NCBI GenBank assembly: GCA_951406725.2
Contig: OX597818.1
Location: forward strand, 6,510,001-6,574,000
Direction: 5' to 3'
Source of the DNA: Octopus vulgaris
Lineage: Eukaryota
Length of the DNA: 64,000 nt
Shown piece after piece: positions 40,036 through 54,200 of this stretch. The stretch's first letter is position 1, and each line of letters opens with the position of its first letter. The position numbers and the translations under genes were made by a program. The notes under the pieces were generated by a model, which was not told the DNA's origin, made no database searches, and was given only the letters and a program-made list of their open reading frames with translations.

Positions 40036-43000
40036 TATGGAGAGAACACCGGGGACGGGAGAAAACACCGGGGACGTCTAACATGTGCGAGCGATAAAAC
40101 AATGCTCCGAAATCTATCCACAAACATCGGAAACAAAGACATCGTATGGAGCAAAAAAATAACTGAAAAATAATAAAACTATATCCGAGTAAGTAATACT
40201 CTTTGAAATTTATTGCTATATTCCAAACTCGATATCCTCTCCAACCATGTAAACATGATTGATAATTACGATCCATCAACAACAGATCATCTCCGGCCCC
40301 AAACACCATGTACAAAACGACTACGAATAAATTAGATAATACCGGTATTATTCAACCCAAGAATAACAATCGGGAAGTACGTGCTTTGAACCTGTTACGC
40401 AAAAGGTACGAAAAATTACATGTGCAAAGCAATGTGACAACAGAAATGAACGGACCGGTACCCTACGAAAATGACGACCGTCAAAATAATGGACCGGATG
40501 CTGCTCCTCATGTCCCGCAAATAAAACCAAAAAGGCATAAATGGACACGTGAGGAATACATTTCTATCCTACATGCTTACTTTACAGCAGTGCTCTACCC
40601 AAAGAACGAAAACACAACAACATATACATATAAAATATGGAAGAAAAATATCATAAATAAAGACTTGGATACAGCAATGAACTCTGATAAACTAGCTAAC
40701 GTACGCAGATATATTCTCAACACAAAAAAATATCAGAAATAGAAATAGAACATTTAAAAGAAAAAATACATCAGGAAAATATAGATAGAAGCCACACAAT
40801 AATGCCAAATAATATAAACTCTGAGATAGTAAAACACGAAGACAAACGTAACATTTCCAACAAAAACGATGTAAACAAAAAACAACAAACCCAGACCGTA
40901 AGGATGCATAATAATGCACGACAAGCAGCAAGCCAAAACACGACAGACAAACATACGAATGAGAAAGAAAGTGACACAAAACTAAAACCTGGAAATAACG
41001 AAGGGAAACCTAATGATTATGATACTATAAAAAGTAGAATAATCAAAGAATCGAAAAACACAGATCTCAAAATGGACCACCGACCATACATCCCAAAAAT
41101 CAAAATAGACAAAAAAAACAACAATTGTAAGCGCATAAACCTAGCCGTCGCAGAACTAATAGCCACCGAAACAAATAGCGATATCACTGAGCTAAATGAC
41201 TGCAGCCACAAAAGAAGCTGGATACTCCCTCAAACCCATCCAAGCAGGAGTACCACTACCCAAACAAAACCTGTGGATAAATAACATCCAAAGAAATACA
41301 AAAAATGAGAAAAGATCTGTCGATTTTTAATGAAATCAGTAGACAATCAACGCTACTAAGCAACAAAGAGAAAACAAAAATACTGTGCAAATACAACATC
41401 ACAGAAAAAGTTTTACCTGAGATAAGAGAAAAGCTAAAGCAAGATATCCTTGCCAAAGCGCAAAGGATCCGCCGGTATGAGAAACGCCAACGCTTCTTTG
41501 AACAAAACAAACAGTTCAACTCCAACCCCAAAAAGTTCTACCAAGAACTTGGCAAAAATAAAATAGAAATCACTGCAGCACCAACGGCAGAAGAAGTGGA
41601 AGAATTCTGGAAGGAAATATGGTCGGCGAATGAACAACCAAAAAAAGAAGTATTAAAACAACAAACTTAGCATCTGTGCAACTTTGGACCCCCATAACAA
41701 CTGAAGAGGTCACCCAGGCACTGCAACGACTAAGCAACTGGAAAGCACCTGGGCATGACGAGATCCCCAACTTCTGGTTGAAATATCTGACTGGAATGCA
41801 GAAAAGGCTGGCTGAAAACCTTAACAACATACTGGCAGAGCCAGAGACAATGCCTGAAAGTCTCACGAAGGGGAAAAAACCTTCTTAATACCCAAAACCA
41901 ATGAGACAGCAAAACCAGAAAACTACAGACCTATAACCTGTTTCCCTACAATGTACAAAGCATTCGCTGCAGTAATATCACAAAGATTGAACAAGCACCT
42001 GGACGAAAACAACCTGTTTCCAGAAGAGCAGAAGGGGTGCCGCAGAGGCTCATATGGCTGTAAAGATCAACTAATGATCAATAAAGCCATAACGGAAGAT
42101 AGCCACAGAATGATTAGAGGCCTCAGTATGGCCTGGATCGACAACCGAAAGGCGTTTGATAGCATCCCCCACACATGGATCCTCGAAACACTAGCCATTA
42201 ACAAAGTAGCACCAACAATCATAAAATTCATAGAGCACTCTATGAATAAATGGCAAACAGTCCTACACCTCCAAACAAAAGAGGGACTCATGAAAACCAA
42301 AGGCATCCCCATTAGAAGAGGAATATTCCAGGGAGACACGCTCTCTCCACTCCTTTTCTGGTTGGAACTGTAACCTCTATCTGATATGCTAAATAGAACT
42401 GGATGCGATATAAATGTTACGGCAAAACGATCAGCCATATTTTATATATGGATGACCTAAAACTATTCGCTGCAAATGACAAACAGCTGGAAACACTATT
42501 AAAGACAGTTCATGGATTCACCAGAGAAATAGATATGAAATTTGGATTAGAAAAATGCGCCAAAGTAACCCTGAAAAGAGGAAAACTAGTTAAGAGTAGC
42601 AACATCACACTAGATAAAGCCAATGAAATAAGAGAATTACACCAAAGACAAACTTACAAATACTTAGCAATCCATGAACTAGATAAGACACAACACACAC
42701 AAATGAAAGAGAAAATAAAGAAAAATACTATAGACGAGTTAAATCAATATTAAAAACAGAGCTCAATGCTAAAAACAAGATAATAGGTATTAACACTTTA
42801 CCCGTCCCTGTTATAAGTTACAACTACAATATCCTTAACTGGACGCTAAATGAACTAACCAAAATAGATAGGAAAACAAGAAAAAATAATGACAGGATCT
42901 AGTATGCATGACCCAAAATCTGACATAGAAAGACTATATATACAACGTATAAATGGTGTTAGAGGCCTATAAAGCTGGAACACTACTATAAAATAACCAC

Positions 43001-44194
43001 CATAGGACTGCAAAAAACCTACTTCAGAAGCAAGAAAAACTGATACATATAGCGGCAAAACACTAACAAAACAAAAAATTATTCTCAGTATTTAAGGAAG
43101 CTTACAAATACAAACAAGAAATCATACCACCTACCAAATATGAAGAAGAAGAAGAAGAAGAAGAAGAAGAAGAAGAAGAAGAAGAAGAAGAAGAAGAAGA
43201 AGAAGAAGAAGAAGAAGAAGAAGAAGAAGAAGAAGAAGAAGAAGAAGAAGAAGAAGAAGAAAAAGAAGAAGACACAACAAAATTATAAAGCAAATGAAAT
43301 CCAAACTAAAACTAGAACAGCAACGGACCATGATAAAACGATGGCAAGAAAAGCCCCTTCATGGCAAGTACTGGACTAAACTAAATGCAAAAGAAATAGA
43401 CAAAGAAAAATCCCAGCTGTGGTTGAGAAGCTCAGGACTGAAAGCAGAGACAGAAGGATTTTTAATTGCAGCACAAGACCAAAGCCTCCCCCCCCCCAGG
43501 AATTACAAAAAACATGTAATGAAAAGAAATATATCAAGTAACTGCAGAATATGTGGAGATGGACAAGAAACAATAAATCGTATTATCTCTGGCTGCCCAG
43601 TCCTAGCTAAGAAGGAATATATTCACAGACACGACAGAGTTGGGACCTACATACACTGGAAGCTATGCCAACATTATGGAATAACAACAGAAAAAAGATG
43701 GTATAGTCACACACCAGAAAAGGTCACAGAAAACGAGAAAGCAACCATACCCTGGGATATGCCGATACACACAGATAGAGAAATTAAGGTCAACAGACCA
43801 GATATAATTGTCAGAGATCATGAAGAAAAAAAAAACTTTCTAATTGATGTATCAATACCAGCAGATGACAACGTGTCTCTAAAAGAAATGGAGAAACTTT
43901 CAAAATACAAAGACCTGGAAATAGAGGTAACCCGAATGTGGAATCTAAAAACAGAAACAATTCCTATCATAGTAGGCGCATTAGGCATGATAAAAATTTT
44001 TCAGACAAATACATAACAAAAATACCAGGGCTTACAAATACATGTAACATACAGAAAATTGCACTACTGGGCACTGCTCACATCCTACGCAGAACACTTT
44101 CAATACAGTAACCATCAGAGCATCACAGTAACCATCAAGGCACACAGAGCTGCGCTCGGTTGTGAAGTGAAAGCACGTTATAAAAATAAAACTA

Positions 44195-44197
<3 letters not shown>
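40035..44197 (+). mobile_element. R4/Dong-type LINE family 3, near full length, inactivated
   Basis: KWTREE N-terminal motif, WKAPGHD, EQKGCRRGSYGCKDQL, GIFQGDTLSPLLF, LYMDDLKLF and CRIC..RHD..RPDII. Many frameshifts; (TAA)n on both sides. Confidence 0.93.
43142..43272. repeat. (GAA)n expansion inside the LINE ORF
   Basis: Direct reading. The same site is only a few GAA units long in the 55911-59088 copy (about 56807-56823). Confidence 0.9.
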
Positions 44198-44281
<84 letters not shown>

Positions 44282-44314
44282 AAGAAGAAGAAGAAAAACA
44301 ACAACAACAACAAC

Positions 44315-44480
44315 ACACCTTAGGAATGGGAACCTTGGTTCGTAATTTGCCCAAGACATCTGATGAAGCCTTGGGTGGTATGTCAGCCGAAACGTTGTGT
44401 TAACAACAAACAAGGTGAGGACAAATATTCATCAAATGTAAATAATGTACATAATTCCTCATCTCTTAAATATAGAACTG
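44315..44480 (+). mobile_element. Family H SINE tail containing a hammerhead motif (44355-44401)
   Basis: gacat-CTGATGA-agccttgggtggtatgtcagcc-GAAACGTT-gtgtt, with palindromic ACGT stem III. Stem II is partly mutated. Confidence 0.8.
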
Positions 44481-46750
44481 TATTATAATTTTATCTATTT
44501 GTACATTTTCACATACATTGCATCACAGAAACATATACACACCCACTAATATATTTCTTAATATTTCTTTATTCCATCACCAATTTCACTTTTTTTACAA
44601 CGCATGGGGATCATCGACTCGCAATGCTCTCCAGAACGATAAAAGACTGAATATATTTTAAAAGATACTGGTGAGAAATTCGCATAAACTTTACATTTAC
44701 ATATTTTACACTCACAGTTTTAATAGATACACTCTTTTTGAAACTATTCAACAACTTCCACATGATCTTTGCACAAAATATGTGATATTATCTTGATTGA
44801 TATTAATATTTATAAATGTTTAAACAAGAAGTCATGATAGTAACTACTGCGTTCAAACCTAAAGTGACATAAATCAATATATTCAAATTCATAAATGATT
44901 TCTATCTGTGTTTCTGTAGATTTTACATATATAGAGACTTCTACATTCGAAAATGTATATGTGCGAAGTTTCTACCAAACTGTGATTGATTAACGGAAAG
45001 GCAAGTTCTTTTATATGCAGACATACAGCAAAACAAAAACAGATATAAGTACATGCATTCGCATAATCGCACTCATGGACAGACGTATTTATGACCTAAC
45101 AATAGAAATCAAAAACTACAAATTCACTTATTTAATTCTGAGATTGTTAGTTCTTTAATTCATTGAATTCCTCATTTCCGAAATATTTTAACTTGAGGGC
45201 GTATGAAATCCGTTCATTATGTTTATTTTGGCAAATATAGTAAAAACATAACAGCTGTTGACTAAAATATTGTCACCAGCATTTTCATATTACATCTTAT
45301 ATTATTTTCTGTAGTCCATTTTTCGTCCATTTGCATTTAAGTTTACTTGAAATGTTAATTATATGAAACAAGATGTTTCGATAGTTTGAATTCCAGTTAG
45401 ATATAGAAATCGAACAAATGGGTATACACCATTGCTTCCATTAACAGCAGCTTTTTGCCAAGAGAAAAGCAATCAACGTTCTCTAAAGATAACTAATCTT
45501 GAACCATAATTCTTCAATATCTGGAATACGTTATGAACCAGTTTTTCATTGAATAGTATATACACATCAATAGGCAATTCAATTTTAATTTAAAAGTTCG
45601 AAATTACACAAAGCAACGGAAATACTCGAGTAAAGTTTCGAATTTACCATATTAAAATCTTCTCATAAAGAAAATTGATATTCCGTCAGTTTTGTTAAAA
45701 TGTAGAAGCAGAAAGCTATTTCTGAAACTGTCTCTTATAAAACTGTCCAAAGGGAGTAATATATTGTTTAGGAAATAAAATGCCTAGCATTCTTTTATGA
45801 TTTCTAGAACATTCTTCTGTGTGACGCATATCGTCTTTATTCGGTTTAATACTGTGTCAACTAATTGTCGATTTGCAAGTAAAAATAATCAACCTGCTTG
45901 ACCTATATTACGAACCAATACTTGCAGACAATATTCTAGCAATGCATTAATCATTGAGTCTTTAATCTATTTAATCTGAGTATTTCAAACAAGCAACTAA
46001 CTGAAATTACTTCATTCGCTGGCCTTTCTTGATTTGTATCTGTCGACATTTCGCAAATTTGACAGGACAAAGAGGCTGGGAAATTAAAATACATCTGCAT
46101 GCGAATCACACATATTCGTTTAGAGAAAATATTTAATGTGTATTTCAAGTTTAACTACCTCATTGATTAACGAGACACTTACACTTCTAGAAGAACATAA
46201 TTTTATTAGTCTTTCCCAAAGATATATCAGGTAATAAAACTTTCAATTCATGGAACATGACAAATCTAAATTTCAGATTATTGGGATTCTATTTCGTAAT
46301 AATAAAACAATATTTATAACTGATATAACAAAATAATTTTCAGAGTACTATATCCTGAATACCTCTCTATTCAATTAAATTTCTTTCTTGTCTATGTGTT
46401 CGATTGATTAAGCGAAACTTCATTTCAAGTTATACTCATGATCATTATTCTATTGACGTGCCACAGGCATGTGTAGGAATGTGCGTTGGAGATAGGGGTT
46501 GCGCAAAATATATGGATGATACCAACAAACATATAATGAATATTCATTATGGCCAATGAGATATTTTGTACAGACAAATTCTGCAAATATTGAACACTCT
46601 TTCTGTACATGTTGATGATTGAAAAATGATCATAGATTTTTAGGAATAATATTCTCCCCACTTACCTGATACTTAAAAACAATGTGCTATCCATGCCTGC
46701 CATTTAACTCAATAGACACAAAATGGACGTTTTTTATACATTTGCCTACG

Positions 46751-47287
46751 TTCACCTTTGAGTTTAAGTGAAAACTTGTGGTTCAGTTATTTTGACTGCT
46801 ATACATAGAATGCCGGTACTGCCTGTTAGTACCCTTAACTATTAATTGGTAATTTTTACCTTTATGAGTCTTTTTTTACACACGGTAAAATATTGATATT
46901 ATTATAAACAATAATGTCATATATATTTTGATAATTTCTATTCAATTCCAATGCCTTTTAAATTTGGTGCGGCATTAAAAACGCTCATCGCACACATTCG
47001 TTGAGATGAATAAACTCTACAGCCCTGGACTCAATAAGACTCGCTGACGATAAACTAAGAGTATTTCTCAATATTCGAAATCATGGTGATACGGGTATGT
47101 CTGACATTTTCAATTTCCCATTATTTTAGTCATTGTTACGGGATCTTAAGGCATTTATTCATTCTCCCGCTTTACCTTTGTGTTTAATTGGAAACTTATG
47201 GTTTAGTAATTTTGACTGCTATATTTAACATGCCGGTACTGCCTGTTAGTACACTTAATTATTCATTGGTAATATTTTACCTTTATG
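46751..47287 (+). repeat. Diverged ~115-bp direct repeats, period about 420 bp, enclosing a hammerhead motif
   Basis: 46751-46866 and 47171-47287 share tttgactgctata and tgccggtactgcctgttagtac. Confidence 0.85.
47040..47095 (+). ncRNA. Type I hammerhead-like motif
   Basis: ctcg-CTGACGA-taaactaa gagtatt tctc aatattc-GAAA-TCA tgg TGA-TA-cggg. Confidence 0.55.
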
Positions 47288-47329
47288 GTTTCTGATATTA
47301 TGATAAACGATAATATTCTCATATATGTA

Positions 47330-47400
<71 letters not shown>

Positions 47401-47465
47401 GTATATATCGTTTTGGGATTTGGTTTGCAAGATTTTTTATATGAGTTCGTGTGTTGAAGCATATT

Positions 47466-47716
47466 CTGTTGTGTCTGAGGAGAGTCATTCTCTTTTAGTG
47501 CCTTATTATTTAACACACTCACCGGTAAAATTTCCCCTTTTCTTTTATTTTTTTTATTTTCCTAAAAGTTTAGTTGCAACCTTTTCAAGAGTCAAGACTA
47601 TTGAAAAGGTTGCAAGACGCAACGAAAATTTTAGGAAAAATAAAGTTGAAATTTTACCGGTGAGTGTGTTAAATAATAAGGCACTAAAAGAGAATGACTC
47701 TCCTCAGACACAACAG
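47466..47716. repeat. Fold-back (inverted) pseudo-LTR-like mini-element in (TA)n
   Basis: ctgttgtgtctgaggagagtcattctc..accggtaaaattt is mirrored at 47649-47716. A TTGAAAA..GAAA hammerhead-like motif lies at 47598-47634. Confidence 0.85.
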
Positions 47717-47929
47717 TATATATATATATATATATATATATATAGGCATATATTTAAAATATGTGGGTTTAATTCACAGGCAATCTAAACGACTATGGAC
47801 GCTATGTAAGTGTTGTAGCGGATTACTAGGACTTCAAAGTTATAGCCGAGACGGTAGTTACGGAGCAATTGAAGATTTCCGACATAGCAGATATATAGTT
47901 GTTAAAGACGACAACAGATCTTAAGGCAA

Positions 47930-48575
47930 GGCAAATATTTCAAGTCATATACACTATTATTATTAGACAAAAATACAAAATCTCACAGCTGTTTCTGGGA
48001 TATCCCAGAGTATGGAATATTCCGTCAGAGAAAATGAGAAGGGTATACATAAATGAAATGACGACATAGAGGACAGGAGAGAAGGAATAAGCGCATGAAG
48101 AAAGGGAAGAAAAAAGAGGCACAAAAGCTCACAGTTCAACTTTCCGATCGTGTAGAAGGAAGTCCGTAAGTCCTTAGGTGCAATCCTGTGTAAATCTATG
48201 AGGGTTAAATTCCTGACAGTGTAAACATCCAGAAAAAAGACGCGAACGATCAACGCTCAATAACAGAATGATAGCAGTGGTGGTTATTAAGTGGTAAAAA
48301 GAAAGAAAAATTAATGAATAAAAAGAGAGCTAGACAGAGTGAGGGAGGAAATTAGACTGGCGTCAAAGATAAAATAATGTATATAAAAATATAGTGTCTA
48401 AGAATATAGTGTATAAAAGTAAACCAGAAGATAAATAAAAGGAAATAAGAAGAGATGAGGTAAAGTAAGACAGTGTAAAAAGAACAAATTAAACAAAAAG
48501 AAAAATGAAAGGAATTCAAAGAAAACAGTAGGTACCAGTGAAATTCTTCCGGTCTAAATCGTTTGGGGAGGAAAT
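47930..48575 (-). mobile_element. Penelope pseudo-LTR-like remnant with degenerate hammerhead (47981-48031)
   Basis: tct-CTGACGG..GAAACAGCTGT-G-aga, with palindromic stem III and two core deviations. Purine-skewed flank. Confidence 0.45.
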
Positions 48576-48586
48576 CTAGTATATAC

Positions 48587-48633
<47 letters not shown>

Positions 48634-48640
48634 TACATGT

Positions 48641-48676
<36 letters not shown>

Positions 48677-48789
48677 ATATATATATATATATATATATAC
48701 ATATATACATATATACATATATATACGTATATGCATATATATATATATATATGTATATATATATCTATATCTATATCTATATCTATCTA

Positions 48790-48860
<71 letters not shown>

Positions 48861-48900
48861 CCTAGGACCAATAAGTATATATATATATATGTATATATAA

Positions 48901-50050
48901 AACTTAGACTTAGATAAAACTTAGATATGTTTCGACCAGAGATTGGTCCAGGTCATGTCTAACTTAATAGCACCACCTGGTAGGATTATTCGAATCCTGT
49001 TTAAGTCAAGTTTTGTTCAAGTAGTGAGTTCTTGTTGGGTGAGTTGTATCCAGTTTTGTTCAAGTAGTGAGTTCTTGTTGGGTGAGTTGTATCCAAATAT
49101 GGGTGGCTTATCTGGTATTCTTTGAAGGAATTTATCCAGACTCTGTTTGAAGCTGATGGGATCCTTTTCCTCTTTGATCTCCCTCGGGACAATGTTAAAT
49201 AGGGCAGGGCCTGTTGAGGAAAAGAAATTATGTTGCAGGGGACGTATAGCCCGTGGTCCAAGTCTTGGATGAACCTTGAAGTTAATGTTTAGGTCGTTTG
49301 GGCAAAGTTGGCGGTATATTTTCCACATCGTACAAATGATGTACCGCTCACGGCGACGCTGGAGGGAGTAAAGTTTCAAGGCTTTAAGGCGATCCCAATA
49401 ATCGAGAGCAGCCATGCCTTCAATTTGTTTAGTGAGAGCCCTCTGGGGTGACTCAATTCTGGAGATGTTTTGTCTTGTGTGAGGAGACCACAGTGGGCAG
49501 CAGTATTCAAGGTGTGGCCGTACAAAGGAGGAAAAAAGTGGTATGATGACACCTTGAATTTGGCAGGGGACGTATAGCCCGTGGTCCAAGTCTTGGATGA
49601 ACCTTGAAGCTAATGTTTAGGTCGTTTGGGCAAAGTTGGCGGTATATTTTCCACATCGTACAAATGATGTACCGCTCACGGCGACGCTGGAGGGAGTAAA
49701 GTTTCAAGGCTTTAAGGCGATCCCAATAATCGAGAGCAGCCATGCCTTCAATTTGTTTAGTAAGAGCCCTCTGGGGTGACTCAATTCTGGAGATGTTTTG
49801 TCTTGTGTGAGGAGACCACAGTGGGCAGCAGTATTCAAGGTGTGGCCGTACAAAGGAGGAAAAAAGTGGTATGATGACACCTTGTTCTCTGGACCGGAAA
49901 GTTCTTAAGATCCAGGAACTCATCCTACGAGCTATTTCGACCTTCTTGTTGATGTGTGCACTCCAACTGAGATCGGCATCAACAATTACACCCAGGTCTC
50001 TGATATTGTTAGAGGATGTGAGCGGTTCCCCTGAAGGAAGAGAGTATGGT
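48901..50050 (-). mobile_element. CR1-like LINE 3' fragment with internal tandem duplications
   Basis: RDLGVIVDADLSW, FVRPHLEYCCPLWSP and LYSLQRRRER, with a short (tctaagt)-type tail. Duplications at 49235-49556/49563-49884 and 49009-49051/49052-49094. Confidence 0.9.
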
Positions 50051-50461
50051 TATACTTATTGGTCCTAGGCTAGATCCATTCAAAATTAGAAATTAATTGG
50101 TGCTGCAAAACCAAACAGAAGGGGAACTAATAAATGTGACCGCTATATAGAACACTTTGAGCAAAGTTTTACATCTGAAGTTTATTATATGCTTGCATGT
50201 GATAAAATTTATCTTTGCTCAATATAAATAAGTTACAAACATTTAAACAAGAACTATTTTGAAATAACTGAATGTAATATTGAATTAAAGAAAATTTGTG
50301 TTTAAATTAGCATACAAATCAACATCATAGAACTCAAAAAAATCAACATTAAATTTTAAACAATGAAGACTCTGAAGAAAGCGCAGCAGTATTATAGTAA
50401 AGTTGCAATTGCAAAGGTTATTAATCGATGCAGTATAAACATATGTAGGTATATTTGAGGC

Positions 50462-50530
<69 letters not shown>

Positions 50531-50547
50531 CATTATTATTGTTATAA

Positions 50548-50808
50548 TCCAATAGTATATTTTTTATAGCGTGCTTTCACTTCAATACCGAGCGCAGCTC
50601 TGTGTGCCTTGGGTATGTGCTGTGATTTGCTGTGATGCTCTGATGGTTATGGTATGGAAAATGTTCTGCAGAGGATGTGTGCAGTGCCCAGTAGTGCAAT
50701 TTTCTGTATGTTATATGTGTTTGTAAGTCCTGGAGCTTTTGTTATGTATTTGTTTGAATATTTTTTTTATCATGCCTAATGCTCCTATTATGATAGGAAT
50801 TGTTTCTG
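50548..50808 (-). mobile_element. R4/Dong family 3, short 3' fragment
   Basis: Reverse complement of 43950-44195 (gcacagagctgcgctcgg..gtgaaagcacg), between (TTA)n tracts. Confidence 0.85.
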
Positions 50809-51275
<467 letters not shown>

Positions 51276-51276
51276 T

Positions 51277-54200
51277 ATGTTTGATTTTGCTTTATGTTTG
51301 TACAAGTTGGTTCCAAGTCTCACCCAGGGACCTCAAGAGACAGCAGGTGGGAAGTTCACGTTGTTGTTATGCCTAGTGTGCCATATATTTTGGGGTGTTT
51401 TTTTGATGTTGTACTAGTGAATGTCTAATAAATAAATTTTTTTAAAAATTGTTTGCTTTAAACCTTGAGATTACATAGAGAGTATTTTGCGTAGGATATG
51501 AGCAGTTCCCATGAGCACTATCTTTTGAATTTCTGCCATTTTGGGGTTTCCTGGTATCTGAGTTAGGTAGCAATCAGCCCCTTTTCGCTACCATTCCCAG
51601 GGCACCTATGACAACAGGTATTGTTTTAGTCTTCAGGTTCCTCATTTTGCTGATTTCTATTTCCATATCTTTATATTTGCTCAGTTTTGGTAGGTCTTGA
51701 CAGATACGTTTATATCGATTGGAACAGTCATATCAATGAGGAGGAATGTTCTTTGTCTGAAGTCTTTCAATAAGATGTCTGGCCTATTTGCATCTATCTT
51801 TCAGTTTGAATGATGAAGGTCCAGAGGAGTGAGATGTGCTCATTTTCAAGCACTGGAGGTGGTTTGTGTTCCCACCAGTTTTTTTCATGGGGCAAATCCA
51901 GGTTTTTGTAAATTACCCAGTGAATATATTGTGCAGCTCTATCATGCCTGTTGAGATACTCTGTAGGCGCTAGAAGACTGCACTTGGAGACAACATGATC
52001 AATGGTTTCATTTTGTTGTCGACACACACGACATGTTGGGCTACTACCGTTCTTTAAGATGTTGGCCTTGTAGTTTCTTGTTGGTAGGCATTGATCTTGA
52101 GCTGCTATGATATACCCTTCTGTTACAGATTTTAAGCCAGAAGCCATTAGCCATTGATGGGTCAATATCTGCATTATTCGCTCTCTTTGGGTATTTGCCA
52201 TAGAGAGGTTTTTCTTGCCATTTGTCTTTCAAAATATCTAAGGCCGCAGTTTTAGCACGGGTTTTCATGCGCTTAGCTTTTTCTGTGCTTGTTTCTTGTA
52301 TGTCTATCTCTAATTCCGAAATTTGTTGTATTCGAAATTCACTTAGATATTCCTTTGCCTGTTTTGTTACTGAGTATGATGCTTTCTTGTTTTCATGTTT
52401 TGAGACAAGTTATAACATCCAGTCCTCAGACTTTTTCAGTTAGGTGTCTAGGCCAATTGTAGCAATCTTCATTGCTATTGCCAGTAGTAAAAGACCACTG
52501 CCTCCCCCTTTTCTTGGCAGATAAAGTCGTTCTGTATCTGCCTTAGGGTGGTGCATTCTATGCATTGTCAACAGTTTTCGTATTTTTCTGTCAAGCTGAC
52601 ATATTTCAGTAATTGACCAGTTAACGATATTGAAACTGTAAGTCACGACTGATACGGCTAATGCATTGATCGCTTCGATCCTGTTTCTTGCATTCAGCTC
52701 TGTCTTGAGTATTGCTCTCACTCTTCGATAACATTCTCTCCTTCATCTCTGAATGCCTTATTCCTTCTCCTTCAATTACCTCTAGGTACTTGTAGCTCTC
52801 CGCTGGGTCTAATTCTTTTATGACATTCTGTTGGTCAAGGTTAACGTTTGATGTTTCTGTCATTTTTCCTTTGATAAAAGTAGCTTTTGCACATTTATCG
52901 AGGCCAAATTGCATTCTGATGTCGTCACTGAATTGTTTGACAATCGCTAGTAAGCCCTTGAGTTGTTGATCATTTTTTGCAAAAAAGGTTTAAATCATCC
53001 ATGTAAATATTTATATTGTAAATTATTTATATTTTTATCAAACATTTTATATCCGTACTGCGCGTCATTGAGCAGTTTTGAGAGAGGTATTAAGGCTAAA
53101 CAGAAGAGGAGTGGTGATAGTGAGTCACCCTGGAAAATGCCACATGAAATTTTCACATCACCAGCATTTAGAGATTCATTGTCACTGTTCAAATTTAGTG
53201 TGGTTCTCCATGATCTCATACTCACAGTCAAAAAGTTTCGCAGAGTAGGTGCTATCTTATACATTTCCAGGCATTTCTTAATCCAACTATGTGGTAGGCT
53301 ATCAAAAGCCTTTTTATAGTCTATCCAGGCTATTGATAAGTTTTTGTGTCGTTTGTGACAATCTTCTAAGATAATCTTATTGATGAGTAGTTAATCTTTA
53401 CAACCATAGGATCCACGTTTACATCCTTTCTGTTCATTAGGGAATATGCTGCTGTCTGTTAAAAAACTATAAGTATATTCCGTCAGGACAGATGTTAGCG
53501 TTTAATACATAGTTGTTAAGAAGTTTATGGGTCTATAGTTTTTTGGTTCATTTGTTTCCTCACTTTTTGGAAGCAGGAATGTTAACCCATTACTAGACAA
53601 GGAGGCATCCTACTAGGGATGTTACAAAACATCATTGTAAAGTTCTGTTAGCAGTTCATGGCTCTCTGGGAAGGCATTCAACCAGAAGTTAGAAATTTTA
53701 TCCTTTCCTGGAGACTTCCATTTGCTTGACCTCCTGAGAGCAGATCTTATATCTTCTACCGTGACACACTCCCACTTTTGCTCTTCTAAGGAGTCCAGTC
53801 TAGATATTCTGTCAATCCAGGGAGCCTTTTTGTTGTGTGTTTTTTCTTCTGTCCAAATTTTATTCCAAAATCCCTGCACTTCTTTACAGTAACTGGTGTT
53901 TTTCCTATCTTCCTGTAAAAATTTTTTGGGTTATTTTTAAACATATTGTTGTCCTTGAAAAATCTTACACGCTTTGCATACCTCACTATCGGGAAGCTTT
54001 AGCAGATACCTTTTGCTTGATGATTTCAATGGTGGCATCAATATCAAGTATAGTTTTCATATATTTTTTCATTAATTCTTGGTTTTTTTTAGGTTTGGTA
54101 GTCTTGTGAACCTTAAGGTTTTTCAAATATTCAATGTCAGATCTAAATAGTTTAATTTCTTGTTGCAAACGCTCTTGCCAAGAAGGCTTTTTGTGGGAAT

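Noticed and set aside
46380-46700. Cys-spaced peptide ACVGMCVGDRGC and a minus-strand CAG/GTAAG donor-like site
   Set aside because: Short, bounded by stops, and on opposite strands; no consistent exon structure.
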